A stretch of 64,000 nucleotides of DNA, taken from the NCBI GenBank assembly GCA_041303115.1, contig JBFYPW010000001.1, positions 2,335-66,334 of the forward strand, given 5' to 3'. Made by a program: the position numbers and the translations under genes. Shown in pieces: positions 38,392 through 48,572 of this stretch (positions are counted from its first letter, which is position 1; every line of letters begins with the position of its first letter). This DNA comes from Flavobacterium sp. Lineage in GTDB: Bacteria; Bacteroidota; Bacteroidia; Flavobacteriales; Flavobacteriaceae. The notes under the pieces were generated by a model. It did no database searches. It was not told the DNA's origin and was given only the letters and a program-made list of their open reading frames with translations.

Positions 38392-39312
38392 TTGCAAGAT
38401 ACTATTTCAACAAAAATCGAACAATTAGATGAGAAGTTCGGAAAAATAAATCAAAAAACCGAAACCCATTTAGAAGGATTACTTTGGGCAAAACCAATAA
38501 CGTATTGGGATTACATTCAAACCGATGCGCTTTTAAATTTACAAATTCAGCGTTCTACCCTACCAGATGAAATGGTGTTTATTATGTATCATCAGGTAAA
38601 TGAATTGTTATTTAAAATGATACTTTGGGAAATGGATCAAGTGTGCCATAATGAAAAACCAAGTACCACGTTTTTTACAGAAAGATTAAACAGAATTAGC
38701 CGCTATTTTGATATGTTAACCACTTCTTTTGATATTATGAAAGAAGGCATGGAACCTGAACAATATTTAAAATTCAGAAATACGTTAACACCCGCAAGTG
38801 GTTTCCAAAGTGCGCAATACAGAATGATTGAATTTGCATCAACCGATTTGATTAATTTAATCGATTTTCGTTTTAGAGCAACCATTGATAGAAACACTTC
38901 TTACACGCACGCGTTAGAACATTTGTATTGGCAAGCTGCAGGAAAAGATCATCAAACAGGAGAAAAATCATATTTGTTAAGCGAATTTGAACGAAAATAT
39001 AAAAAAGAATTTTTATCTTTTATGGAAGAATACAACACCATAAATCTTTGGCAAAAATTTAAACAATTACCAGAAAACGACAAAAAAAATCCAGAACTAG
39101 TAGCCGCTATGCGTCATTACGACAAAACTGTAAACATTACTTGGGTGATGGGTCATTTTAATGCTGCAAAAAAATACATTGAAAGCGTTCCCGGAAATCA
39201 TGAAGCCACAGGCGGAAGTGATTGGAAAAAATATATGCTACCAAAATACCAAAAACGTATTTTCTTTCCAGAACTTTGGAGTGAAGAAGAATTAAAAAAC
39301 TGGGGAGAATAA
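38392..39312 (+). CDS. kynA: Tryptophan 2,3-dioxygenase family protein
   Basis: YWDYIQ.D.LL.LQ, DEMVFIMYHQVNEL, FRN.L.PASGFQS.QYR, TGGS; TTG start. Confidence 0.9.
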   Translation: MQDTISTKIEQLDEKFGKINQKTETHLEGLLWAKPITYWDYIQTDALLNLQIQRSTLPDEMVFIMYHQVNELLFKMILWEMDQVCHNEKPSTTFFTERLNRISRYFDMLTTSFDIMKEGMEPEQYLKFRNTLTPASGFQSAQYRMIEFASTDLINLIDFRFRATIDRNTSYTHALEHLYWQAAGKDHQTGEKSYLLSEFERKYKKEFLSFMEEYNTINLWQKFKQLPENDKKNPELVAAMRHYDKTVNITWVMGHFNAAKKYIESVPGNHEATGGSDWKKYMLPKYQKRIFFPELWSEEELKNWGE

Positions 39313-39326
39313 TTAAAAACCAAGAT

Positions 39327-40559
39327 TTGAAATACATATTATACGCTTTACTACTGCTTACGTTTTCCTGTCAAAACAAAGAAAAAGACAGTAAATCTTC
39401 AGCAAAAATCGCAAAAAAAGTTCCAATAATTAAAAAATACGGATTTACTTTTAATGATTTTTCTGTGGTAGAAGATACCTTACAATCTGGTGATACGTTT
39501 AGTACTATTTTAGAAGCGTACACATTACCCGACAGTTTAAAAACATTTGATGTTACTGAAAAAATTAAAGATTCTTTCAATATAAAAAACATTCGAGCAG
39601 GTAAAGCTTTTCTAACATTTTCCGATAAAAAAAACAAGAAAAATTTAAAAGCTTTAGTATATGTGCAAGACAAAACCAGTTTTTTAGTGGTCGACTTAAG
39701 AGATTCTATTCGTGTAGAAATAAAAAAACGTCCTACCATTATTAAAAGAAGAACTATTGCGGCAGAGTTGGACGGATCTTTATCGGAAACTTTATCAAGA
39801 AAAGGAGTTAGCGCTGATTTAGCAAACGAATTAGCACAAATTTATAAATATTCCATCGACTTTTTCAAGCTAAAAAAAGGAGATAAATTTGCCGTAACCA
39901 TCAAAGAAAAATATTTTGAAAACGGAGAATATTTAGGAGTAGACGAAGTAGAAGCGTCTTATTTTGAATATAAAGGAAAAAAAATATATGCTTTCCCTTA
40001 TAAATTAAATGAGAATCAAAAAAAAGTTGAATATTATGACGAAAAAGCTTCGGGAGCTAAAAGTATGTTTTTAAAAGCGCCTTTATCCTTTTTCAAATTA
40101 ACCTCAAAATTTACAGCTCGACGATTTCATCCCGTACAATTTACTTGGAAAGCACATAATGGAACAGATTATGCCGCACCACATGGAACACCTATAAAAA
40201 CAACCGCCTCAGGAGTTGTAGAAGCCACAGGATATACTTCTGGAAACGGAAATTTTGTAAAAGTAAAACACAACGGACAATACGCTACTCAATACCTACA
40301 CATGTCGAAAATTTTAGTTCGTAGAGGACAATCGGTAACGCAAGGACAAATTATTGGAAAAGTGGGAAGTACAGGTTTAGCTACAGGACCTCATGTGTGC
40401 TATCGATTTTGGAAAAATGGCGTACAAGTAGATCCTTTACGTTTAAAATTACCAACTTCGGAACCGATGACAAAAAAACAAAAAACAAAATATTTAGCAG
40501 CCATTGCACCGCTAAAAAAAGAATTAGACGTCACAACATCCAAAACATTTAAAGAATAA
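39327..40559 (+). CDS. M23 family peptidoglycan DD-endopeptidase, lipoprotein
   Basis: Lipobox FSC, HNGTD (HxxxD), [15 protein letters not shown]. Confidence 0.9.
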   Translation: MKYILYALLLLTFSCQNKEKDSKSSAKIAKKVPIIKKYGFTFNDFSVVEDTLQSGDTFSTILEAYTLPDSLKTFDVTEKIKDSFNIKNIRAGKAFLTFSDKKNKKNLKALVYVQDKTSFLVVDLRDSIRVEIKKRPTIIKRRTIAAELDGSLSETLSRKGVSADLANELAQIYKYSIDFFKLKKGDKFAVTIKEKYFENGEYLGVDEVEASYFEYKGKKIYAFPYKLNENQKKVEYYDEKASGAKSMFLKAPLSFFKLTSKFTARRFHPVQFTWKAHNGTDYAAPHGTPIKTTASGVVEATGYTSGNGNFVKVKHNGQYATQYLHMSKILVRRGQSVTQGQIIGKVGSTGLATGPHVCYRFWKNGVQVDPLRLKLPTSEPMTKKQKTKYLAAIAPLKKELDVTTSKTFKE

Positions 40560-40569
40560 ACAATTTATC

Positions 40570-42207
40570 ATGAAATTACAACATATCAATCCAACGGAAA
40601 CAAAAGCTTGGCAAAAATTAACTTCTCATTTTTCAGAAATTGAAAAGCAATCTATTCAAGATTTGTTTCAAAATGATGCCAAAAGAGCAGAAAAATTCAA
40701 AATAGAATGGAATGATTTTTATGTAGATTTTTCAAAAAATAATTGGACTGAAGAAACCATACAATTACTCATAGAATTAGCAAATGAAGTAGGTTTGCCA
40801 GACGCCATTTCAAAGTATCTTTCGGGAGAAAAAATAAACGAAACCGAAGACAGAGCCGTGCTTCATACGGCATTACGCGCTAATGAAAACGATGTGGTTT
40901 TGTTTGAAGGAAAAAATGTAATTCCTGAAATTTATGACACGAAAAACAAAATAAAAGATTTTACAAATTATATTGTTTCAGGTGAAGCAAAAGGATATTC
41001 TGGAAAACCATTTACCGATGTGGTGAATATTGGAATTGGTGGTTCAGATTTAGGCCCAGCGATGATTGTAGAAGCCTTACAATTTTATAAAAACAATTTA
41101 AATACACATTTTATTTCTAATGTAGATGGCGACCATGTGCAAGAAATACTAAAAAAAATAAATCCAGAAACTACTTTATTTGTAATCGTTTCAAAAACAT
41201 TTACTACACAGGAAACCTTAACCAATTCGGAAACTGTAAAAAAATGGTTTTTGAAATACGCTACAGAAAAAGATATTGCCAAACATTTTGTAGCTGTTTC
41301 TACAAATTTACAAAACGTAACCAACTTTGGTATAGCACCCGAAAATATTTTTCCTATGTGGGATTGGGTTGGCGGAAGATTTTCATTATGGAGTGCCGTT
41401 GGTTTAACTATAAGTTTAGCTGTTGGGTACGATAATTTTAATCAATTATTAAAAGGCGCCAATAAAATGGATGTGCATTTTGCAAACACGCCATTTGAAA
41501 ATAACATTCCAGTAGTATTAGCATTATTAAGTATTTGGCATAATAATTTCTTTGGTGCCGAAACAGAAGCACTAATTCCATATACGCAATATTTACAAAA
41601 ACTAGCACCTTATTTACAACAAGGCATCATGGAAAGCAACGGAAAATCTATTGCTAGAAATGGAAAACCTGTAAATTATGAAACAGGGACAATCGTTTGG
41701 GGCGAGCCCGGAACCAATTCGCAACACGCTTTTTTTCAATTAATTCATCAAGGAACTAAACTAATTCCAACAGATTTTATTGGTTTTATTGAACCGCTTT
41801 ATGGCGAAAAAGACCATCATAACAAATTAATGTCTAACTTTTTTGCGCAAACAGAAGCCTTATTAAAAGGAAAATCTCGTGAACAAGTACTTTCTGAATT
41901 TATAGCACAAGGTAAAAAAGAAGCAGAAGTAGCACATTTAATCCCTTTTAAAGTTTTTGAAGGAAACAAACCAACCAATACTTTATTAATAAAAAAATTA
42001 ACACCAGAAAGTTTAGGCGCATTAGTAGCCATGTACGAACATAAAATTTTTGTACAAGGAATTATCTGGAATATCTATAGTTATGACCAATGGGGTGTTG
42101 AACTTGGGAAGCAATTAGCCAACTCAATTTTAAGTGAAATAGAAAGCGGAAGCATTACAAATCATGATAGTTCCACTAAATCATTATTAGCTATGTATTT
42201 AAAATAA
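40570..42207 (+). CDS. pgi: Glucose-6-phosphate isomerase
   Basis: [45 protein letters not shown]. Confidence 0.98.
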   Translation: MKLQHINPTETKAWQKLTSHFSEIEKQSIQDLFQNDAKRAEKFKIEWNDFYVDFSKNNWTEETIQLLIELANEVGLPDAISKYLSGEKINETEDRAVLHTALRANENDVVLFEGKNVIPEIYDTKNKIKDFTNYIVSGEAKGYSGKPFTDVVNIGIGGSDLGPAMIVEALQFYKNNLNTHFISNVDGDHVQEILKKINPETTLFVIVSKTFTTQETLTNSETVKKWFLKYATEKDIAKHFVAVSTNLQNVTNFGIAPENIFPMWDWVGGRFSLWSAVGLTISLAVGYDNFNQLLKGANKMDVHFANTPFENNIPVVLALLSIWHNNFFGAETEALIPYTQYLQKLAPYLQQGIMESNGKSIARNGKPVNYETGTIVWGEPGTNSQHAFFQLIHQGTKLIPTDFIGFIEPLYGEKDHHNKLMSNFFAQTEALLKGKSREQVLSEFIAQGKKEAEVAHLIPFKVFEGNKPTNTLLIKKLTPESLGALVAMYEHKIFVQGIIWNIYSYDQWGVELGKQLANSILSEIESGSITNHDSSTKSLLAMYLK

Positions 42208-42282
42208 AAAAATGTTAATGTTTTCTTAATGCTATTTGTTATTTTTTTTATAATTTTGTCAAAAATAAATAACTAACAAAAC

Positions 42283-45018
42283 ATGAAAAAGCACATTTAT
42301 TGGTTTTTAACCTTATTATTGATGTCTTCATCAATGGTATTTGCTCAGTCTACCGTAACAGGTAAAGTTACTGACAACGCTAACAATCCTTTAGCAAATG
42401 CTATTGTGAGTGTTAAAGGAAATGCAACAACAGTAAAAACTTCAGACGATGGAAGTTTTAAAATTGTTACTAAAGAAAACGCAGGAACAATTGTTGTTTC
42501 TTTTCTTGGATTTGAAGTTTCATCAGTATCATTTGCTGGAAATCAAGATTTAGGAACAATTTCTTTAGTATTAAGTACTTCAGAAATTGAAGAAGTAGTA
42601 GTAAAATCTACAACAGTAGATATCGCGAAAAGCAGAAAAACACCTGTAGCGGTTTCTACGATTAAAGCTGCTGAAATTCAAGAAAAATTAGGAAATCAAG
42701 AGTTTCCTGAAATGTTAAACAACACACCTTCTGTGTATGCTACAAAATCTGGTGGTGGATTTGGAGATTCAAGAGTAAATATTCGTGGATTTGACCAAAG
42801 AAATATTGCGGTTTTAATTAACGGGGTTCCTGTTAATGACATGGAAAATAGTGCGGTATACTGGAGTAACTGGGCTGGACTTTCTGATGTAACAAGTGCT
42901 ATGCAAGTACAAAGAGGTTTAGGGTCTTCTAAATTAGCTATTTCTTCTGTTGGAGGAACTATAAATGTGATTACAAAATCATCTGATCAAAAAGAAGGTG
43001 GTGTATTTGCTTCTTCATTTGGTAATGATGACTATTTGAAAAACCAATTTTCTTACAATACAGGGAAAATGGAAAATGGATTATCAGCTTCATTTTTAAT
43101 GTCAAGAACAACTGGAGATGGATATGTAGATGGAACTAAATTTGAAGGACATAATTACTTTATTGCTTTAGGTTATGAATTGAATGACAAACATGATTTT
43201 CAATTTACCTTTACAGGTGCTCCACAATGGCATAACCAAAGATCTTTTGCAAACACAATTACTTCATATAAACAATATGGAACTAATGGAGAACCAAACA
43301 TCAAATATAACTCAGATTGGGGTTATTTAAATGGTGAAGAATATTCTTGGGCAAGAAATTTCTATCATAAACCAATAATGTCATTTAATTGGGATTACAA
43401 AATTTCTGACAAAATGAAATTATCATCTGTATTATATGGTTCATGGGGCCGTGGTGGAGGAACAGGAAATATTGGAAAGTCTCCATTTGCATTTAAAACA
43501 GCAGACGGTTTAGTGCCTTTTGATGATTTTGTAGCATTTAATCAAGGAAATTATTCTTTCCCTTCTGGTATCAGTACTACAAACATTGGAACAGATTTAT
43601 CACCAAATTCTAATGGTGAATATGTAACAAATAGATCCACTGGTTTCACCAGAAGAGCCTCAATAAATTCGCATGACTGGTATGGAGGTGTTATCAATTT
43701 AAACACTAAATTAACTGAAAAGTTAACGCTTGATTTTGGTGTAGATGCTAGAACTTATATTGGGTATCACTTCAGAAACATAAATGATAGATTAGGTGCA
43801 GACGTATATTTTGATAATACAGATATTAATAATCCTGGCAGAAGTTTATATCAAACTTATTCAGCATCTCCTAGTTTAAATCCATTTACTAATATCAAAA
43901 ATCAAGAAAAAATTGAATATAATAACAATGGATATGTAAGATGGTTAGGCGCATTTACTCAGTTAGAATATTCATCTGAAAAGTTATCTGCTTTTATTCA
44001 AGGTTCCGTTTCTCAACAAGGTTTTAAAAGAGAAGATACGTTTTTATATTTAGAATCAAACCCATTATACAAAACAGATTATAAAAATTTAATCGGAGGT
44101 AATATTAAGGGTGGTGCTAACTATAACTTTGATGCAAAAAATAATGTGTTTGTAAATGCAGGATACTATTCGAAACAACCATTTTTTAATGCTGTTTATC
44201 CTAATAACAAATCAATTGTTAATGAAAATTTAACTAATGAAAAAATATTAGGTTTAGAAGCGGGTTATGGGTTTAAATCGTCAAAATTTAATGCTAATTT
44301 AAATATTTATCATACTACTTGGAAAGATAGATACCAAAGAAACTCTGATGCTGCTTCAACAAATGTTGGTGGATACTATGATTTTGCAGGAATTCAACAA
44401 GTTCATGATGGTGTTGAATTAGAATTTACTGTAAAACCTTTGCCTAAATTAAACATTAATGGTATGTTTTCATATGGTAATTGGTATTATAAAAATAATG
44501 TTACTTCTAATAGATTTGATATTAATAATACTCAAATTGGAAATGGTTCAACATTATATTTAGATAACGTAAAAGTTGGTGATGCTGCTCAAACTACAGC
44601 GTCATTAGGATTTTCATACGAAGTTTTAACTAGAGTTAAATTAGACGCAAACTACAGATATGTAGATAGATTATATGCTTCAATTGATCCTTCTAAATTT
44701 ACAACTGAAATTAATAAAGGTTCTTTAGAGTTACCATCTTACGGTTTGATGGATTTAGGATTCTCTTATAAAATGTTAGTTGGTAAAGACAAACAAAATT
44801 CTGTAAACTTCAGATTTAATATGAATAACGTTTTAGACACTGTTTACATAGCTGAATCTAGAACAAATATTTTTGCTTCTGATAATGTAAGTAGTTCTAA
44901 CGCTTCATTAGGAACATATGAATCTAATGGGAGAACTTGGAATGGTGTTGCTGATGCAAACCAAGTATTCTTTGGATTTGGAAGAACTTATAATTTTACA
45001 GTTGCCTACAGATTCTAA
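42283..45018 (+). CDS. TonB-dependent receptor
   Basis: Signal peptide, carboxypeptidase-regulatory-like domain, plug (IRGF...INGVP...GGTINVIT), barrel ending YRF. Confidence 0.92.
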   Translation: MKKHIYWFLTLLLMSSSMVFAQSTVTGKVTDNANNPLANAIVSVKGNATTVKTSDDGSFKIVTKENAGTIVVSFLGFEVSSVSFAGNQDLGTISLVLSTSEIEEVVVKSTTVDIAKSRKTPVAVSTIKAAEIQEKLGNQEFPEMLNNTPSVYATKSGGGFGDSRVNIRGFDQRNIAVLINGVPVNDMENSAVYWSNWAGLSDVTSAMQVQRGLGSSKLAISSVGGTINVITKSSDQKEGGVFASSFGNDDYLKNQFSYNTGKMENGLSASFLMSRTTGDGYVDGTKFEGHNYFIALGYELNDKHDFQFTFTGAPQWHNQRSFANTITSYKQYGTNGEPNIKYNSDWGYLNGEEYSWARNFYHKPIMSFNWDYKISDKMKLSSVLYGSWGRGGGTGNIGKSPFAFKTADGLVPFDDFVAFNQGNYSFPSGISTTNIGTDLSPNSNGEYVTNRSTGFTRRASINSHDWYGGVINLNTKLTEKLTLDFGVDARTYIGYHFRNINDRLGADVYFDNTDINNPGRSLYQTYSASPSLNPFTNIKNQEKIEYNNNGYVRWLGAFTQLEYSSEKLSAFIQGSVSQQGFKREDTFLYLESNPLYKTDYKNLIGGNIKGGANYNFDAKNNVFVNAGYYSKQPFFNAVYPNNKSIVNENLTNEKILGLEAGYGFKSSKFNANLNIYHTTWKDRYQRNSDAASTNVGGYYDFAGIQQVHDGVELEFTVKPLPKLNINGMFSYGNWYYKNNVTSNRFDINNTQIGNGSTLYLDNVKVGDAAQTTASLGFSYEVLTRVKLDANYRYVDRLYASIDPSKFTTEINKGSLELPSYGLMDLGFSYKMLVGKDKQNSVNFRFNMNNVLDTVYIAESRTNIFASDNVSSSNASLGTYESNGRTWNGVADANQVFFGFGRTYNFTVAYRF

Positions 45019-45040
45019 TTCTTTAGAAATTTAAAATTCT

Positions 45041-45076
45041 AAACCGTTCCAAAATCAATTGGAACGGTTTTTTTTT
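45041..45076 (+). terminator. Intrinsic terminator
   Basis: AAACCGTTCCAA...TTGGAACGGTTTTTTTTT. Confidence 0.85.
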
Positions 45077-45113
45077 ATCTTATAAAATCATACATTTACA
45101 AAAAAAATACAAG

Positions 45114-46553
45114 ATGGTATTAAGTAGATTTTGGTTGACTATTTTTATTTCTTCTATAGTGTTTATTATAGTAAGTTTATTTGCAGGAAACACGTATTCT
45201 GTAGATTATGTATTAAATGGAAAAAAAGATGATCCTATTTTAATTTCGGAAAAATTTTTAAACGAAATCCCTGTTTTTATTAAAGATAGTATTCAAAAAT
45301 CGGCAGAAAAAACGTTTACCATAAACAGAGATACATTAAATCAAGACACAACTTACGTTTATAAAAATCAAACGGTAAAAATATACAGTGGCACACAAAA
45401 ATCAGATGGATTACTACCCACTTGTAAAACCAGTTTATTTGATATTATTCTGCCTCTTATGGCCTATTTGGCTTTCTTTTGTGGATTAATGGAATTGTTA
45501 ATTATTTCTGGGGCTTCTGAAAAATTAGCCAAAAAACTAAGTCCGTTTTTCTCGCAAATATTTCCTTCCGTGCCTAAAAATCACGAATCGGTTTCTTACA
45601 TGACGTTAAACTTTGCTGCTAATTTTTTAGGATTAGATTCAGCCGCTACGCCTTTCGGATTAAAAGCTATGGAAAGCCTACAAACGCTTAATCCAGACAA
45701 AGATAAGGCAAGCGATGCTCAAATTATGTTTATGTGTTTGCACGCAGCAGGGTTAACTTTGATTCCAACATCTATTATTGGTTATCGTGCAGCAGCAAAT
45801 GCTGAAAATCCTGCAGATGTTATGTTGCCTTGTATCATCACCTCGTTTATAGGCACCATTGCTGCCTTGTTGATTGTAGGAATCAAACAGAAAATAAACT
45901 TTAAAAGCGCTACTTTAATCGTTGGATTAATGAGTATAATTGCCGGAATTACTGGGCTTTTGTTTTATGTTAACGGATTAAATTTAATAGAAAAAAACTT
46001 CTTTACTTCTAATTTATCTGGATTAATGTTAATTGCAATTATTGGAAGTACATTACTTTATGCTTTTACTAAAGAAAAGAAATTTGTAGAACAAAAAACC
46101 ACAATTTTTGATGCTTTTGTATCGGGTGCCAAAAACGGATTGACTACTGGTGTAACTATTTTTCCTTATGTAATGGGAATGTTAGTGGCCATTTCATTTT
46201 TTAGAAATAGCGGCTTGTTTGAAATTATGAGTAACGGAATTTCTTTTGTTTTTTCAAATATTGGCGTAAGCAAACAAATTACAGATTCCTTACCTGTTGC
46301 TATGTTACGCCCTTTCAGCTCAAGTGGCTCGAGAGGATTTATGATTGATGCAATGAACACATTTGGAGTAGATTCATTAACCGGAAGATTGAGCGCTATT
46401 TTTCAATGTAGTGCAGAAACTACTTTTTATGTAATTGCAGTTTATTTTGGAAGTATTCACGTAAAAAACACGCGATATACTTTAGGAATTATGCTATTAG
46501 TAGATTTAATTTGTGTAATTGCTGCAATTGCAGTGGCAAGTTGGTTTTTTTAG
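45114..46553 (+). CDS. SpmA/SpmB fusion (nucleoside recognition Gate domain) membrane protein
   Basis: ANFLGLDSAATPFGLKAM (SpmA-like), RPFSSSG and ETTFYVIAVYFG (SpmB-like). Confidence 0.88.
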   Translation: MVLSRFWLTIFISSIVFIIVSLFAGNTYSVDYVLNGKKDDPILISEKFLNEIPVFIKDSIQKSAEKTFTINRDTLNQDTTYVYKNQTVKIYSGTQKSDGLLPTCKTSLFDIILPLMAYLAFFCGLMELLIISGASEKLAKKLSPFFSQIFPSVPKNHESVSYMTLNFAANFLGLDSAATPFGLKAMESLQTLNPDKDKASDAQIMFMCLHAAGLTLIPTSIIGYRAAANAENPADVMLPCIITSFIGTIAALLIVGIKQKINFKSATLIVGLMSIIAGITGLLFYVNGLNLIEKNFFTSNLSGLMLIAIIGSTLLYAFTKEKKFVEQKTTIFDAFVSGAKNGLTTGVTIFPYVMGMLVAISFFRNSGLFEIMSNGISFVFSNIGVSKQITDSLPVAMLRPFSSSGSRGFMIDAMNTFGVDSLTGRLSAIFQCSAETTFYVIAVYFGSIHVKNTRYTLGIMLLVDLICVIAAIAVASWFF

Positions 46554-46556
46554 AAG

Positions 46557-46760
46557 ATGGATATATTACTCGATTTTCTTTCAGAATTCATTAGGTAATT
46601 CTTTTTATTTAAATTAAAATGGATTGGAATAATAATAAAATGGATTTTCTATTTTGGCAAGAAACCTATTTCAAAATTAAAAAAAGAAAGTTGGAAAAGT
46701 AGAATTGGATTTATTGCCATTTTAAGTCTAATTATACTAATTATTTATATAGTGAATTAA
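46557..46760 (+). pseudogene. Small membrane-protein ORF interrupted by an in-frame TAA
   Basis: MDILLDFLSEFIR*FFLFKLKWIGIIIKWIFYFGKKPISKLKKESWKSRIGFIAILSLIILIIYIVN*; stop at 46596-46598. Confidence 0.5.
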
Positions 46761-46831
46761 ATATAAGATTTTAAAAACAAGTAAATAAAAATAATAAAAA
46801 TCCTTAACTTTACGCTTCAAAACTCAAACAA

Positions 46832-48433
46832 ATGGACTTTTTATATCAAGACCCGTATCCAATTTTAAAAGACGATACAACCTACAAAAAATTAACTTCA
46901 GATTTTGTAAAAATAGAACAACTTGGCGATAGAGAAATCTTAGTGGTGGATCCAAAAGGATTAGAATTATTAGCTCAAGAAGCCATGGACGACGTTTCAT
47001 TTATGTTACGTTCGGCACATTTACAAAAATTAAGAAACATTATCGAAGACCCAGAAGCAACTGACAACGATCGTTTTGTAGCGTATAATTTATTACAAAA
47101 TGCAGCTGTAGCCGTAGAAGGTCAATTGCCATCTTGTCAAGACACTGGAACAGCTATTGTTGTTGCTAAAAAAGGTGAAAACGTGTACACAGGTGTTGAA
47201 GATGGCGAATGGTTATCGAAAGGAATTTACAATACGTACCAAAATAAAAACCTTCGTTATTCGCAAATTGTTCCGATTTCGATGTTTGAAGAAAAAAATT
47301 CAGGTTCTAATCTTCCCGCTCAAATTGATATTTATGCCAAAAAGGGAAATTCGTATGAGTTTTTATTTTTAACAAAAGGTGGTGGTTCGGCCAACAAAAC
47401 GTTTTTATATCAAAAAACAAAATCGTTATTAAATGACAAATCTTTAGAAGAATTTGTTCGTGAACGCATTATGGATTTAGGAACAGCGGCTTGTCCACCT
47501 TACCATTTGGCTATAGTAATTGGCGGAACTTCTGCAGAAGCTAATTTAGCAACAGTCAAAAAAGCATCAGCAGGATATTATGACAATTTACCAACATCTG
47601 GAAATATGTCGGGTCAAGCGTTCCGCGATTTAGAATGGGAAAAAAGAGTGCAAATTATTTGTCAAGAAAGTCAAATAGGCGCACAATTTGGTGGAAAATA
47701 TTTAACACATGATGTACGAGTAATTCGTCTACCACGTCATGCCGCATCTTGCCCCGTTGGAATGGGCGTTTCTTGCTCTGCGGATAGAAATATCAAAGGA
47801 AAAATTACGAAAGACGGTATTTTCTTAGAACAATTGGAAACCAATCCAGGACAATTTTTACCTGCATCAGCGCCTCATTTAGAGCCAGCAGTAGAAATTG
47901 ATTTAAACAAACCGATGTCAGAAATTTTAGAAGAGTTATCAAAATACCCAATCAAAACACGTTTGAAATTAAACGGAACATTGATTGTAGCTCGTGATAT
48001 AGCACACGCCAAAATTAAAGAATTATTAGATTCTGGAAAACCAATGCCAGACTATTTCAAAAATCATCCTGTATATTATGCAGGACCTGCAAAAACACCA
48101 GACGGAATGCCTTCAGGAAGTTTTGGTCCAACAACTGCAGGAAGAATGGACGTTTATGTAGATGAATTCCAAGCCGCTGGCGGAAGCATGATTATGTTAG
48201 CGAAAGGTAACCGAAGCAAAAATGTAATGAATGCTTGTAAGAAATACGGCGGATTTTATTTAGGTTCGATTGGTGGTCCTGCGGCGATTTTAGCCAAAGA
48301 AAACATCTTATCAGTGGAAGTCGTAGATTTTGAAGAATTAGGCATGGAAGCCGTTCGTAAAATAACCGTGAAAGATTTCCCAGCATTTATTATTACCGAT
48401 GATAAAGGAAATGATTTCTTTTCAAATCTTTAA
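46832..48433 (+). CDS. Fumarate hydratase class I (Fe-S, FumA/FumB type)
   Basis: [37 protein letters not shown]. Confidence 0.95.
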   Translation: MDFLYQDPYPILKDDTTYKKLTSDFVKIEQLGDREILVVDPKGLELLAQEAMDDVSFMLRSAHLQKLRNIIEDPEATDNDRFVAYNLLQNAAVAVEGQLPSCQDTGTAIVVAKKGENVYTGVEDGEWLSKGIYNTYQNKNLRYSQIVPISMFEEKNSGSNLPAQIDIYAKKGNSYEFLFLTKGGGSANKTFLYQKTKSLLNDKSLEEFVRERIMDLGTAACPPYHLAIVIGGTSAEANLATVKKASAGYYDNLPTSGNMSGQAFRDLEWEKRVQIICQESQIGAQFGGKYLTHDVRVIRLPRHAASCPVGMGVSCSADRNIKGKITKDGIFLEQLETNPGQFLPASAPHLEPAVEIDLNKPMSEILEELSKYPIKTRLKLNGTLIVARDIAHAKIKELLDSGKPMPDYFKNHPVYYAGPAKTPDGMPSGSFGPTTAGRMDVYVDEFQAAGGSMIMLAKGNRSKNVMNACKKYGGFYLGSIGGPAAILAKENILSVEVVDFEELGMEAVRKITVKDFPAFIITDDKGNDFFSNL

Positions 48434-48572
48434 AAATATGCAATTCAAAGTAAATTAATGGAATAGATAACAAATGTTAAAATTTGGTAATTTAAAACCA
48501 TGATATTGAAATTAAAACTTAAATCAATATATTTGCTTACCAAAACTTTAAAGTTGGTTAAAAACAAATAAA

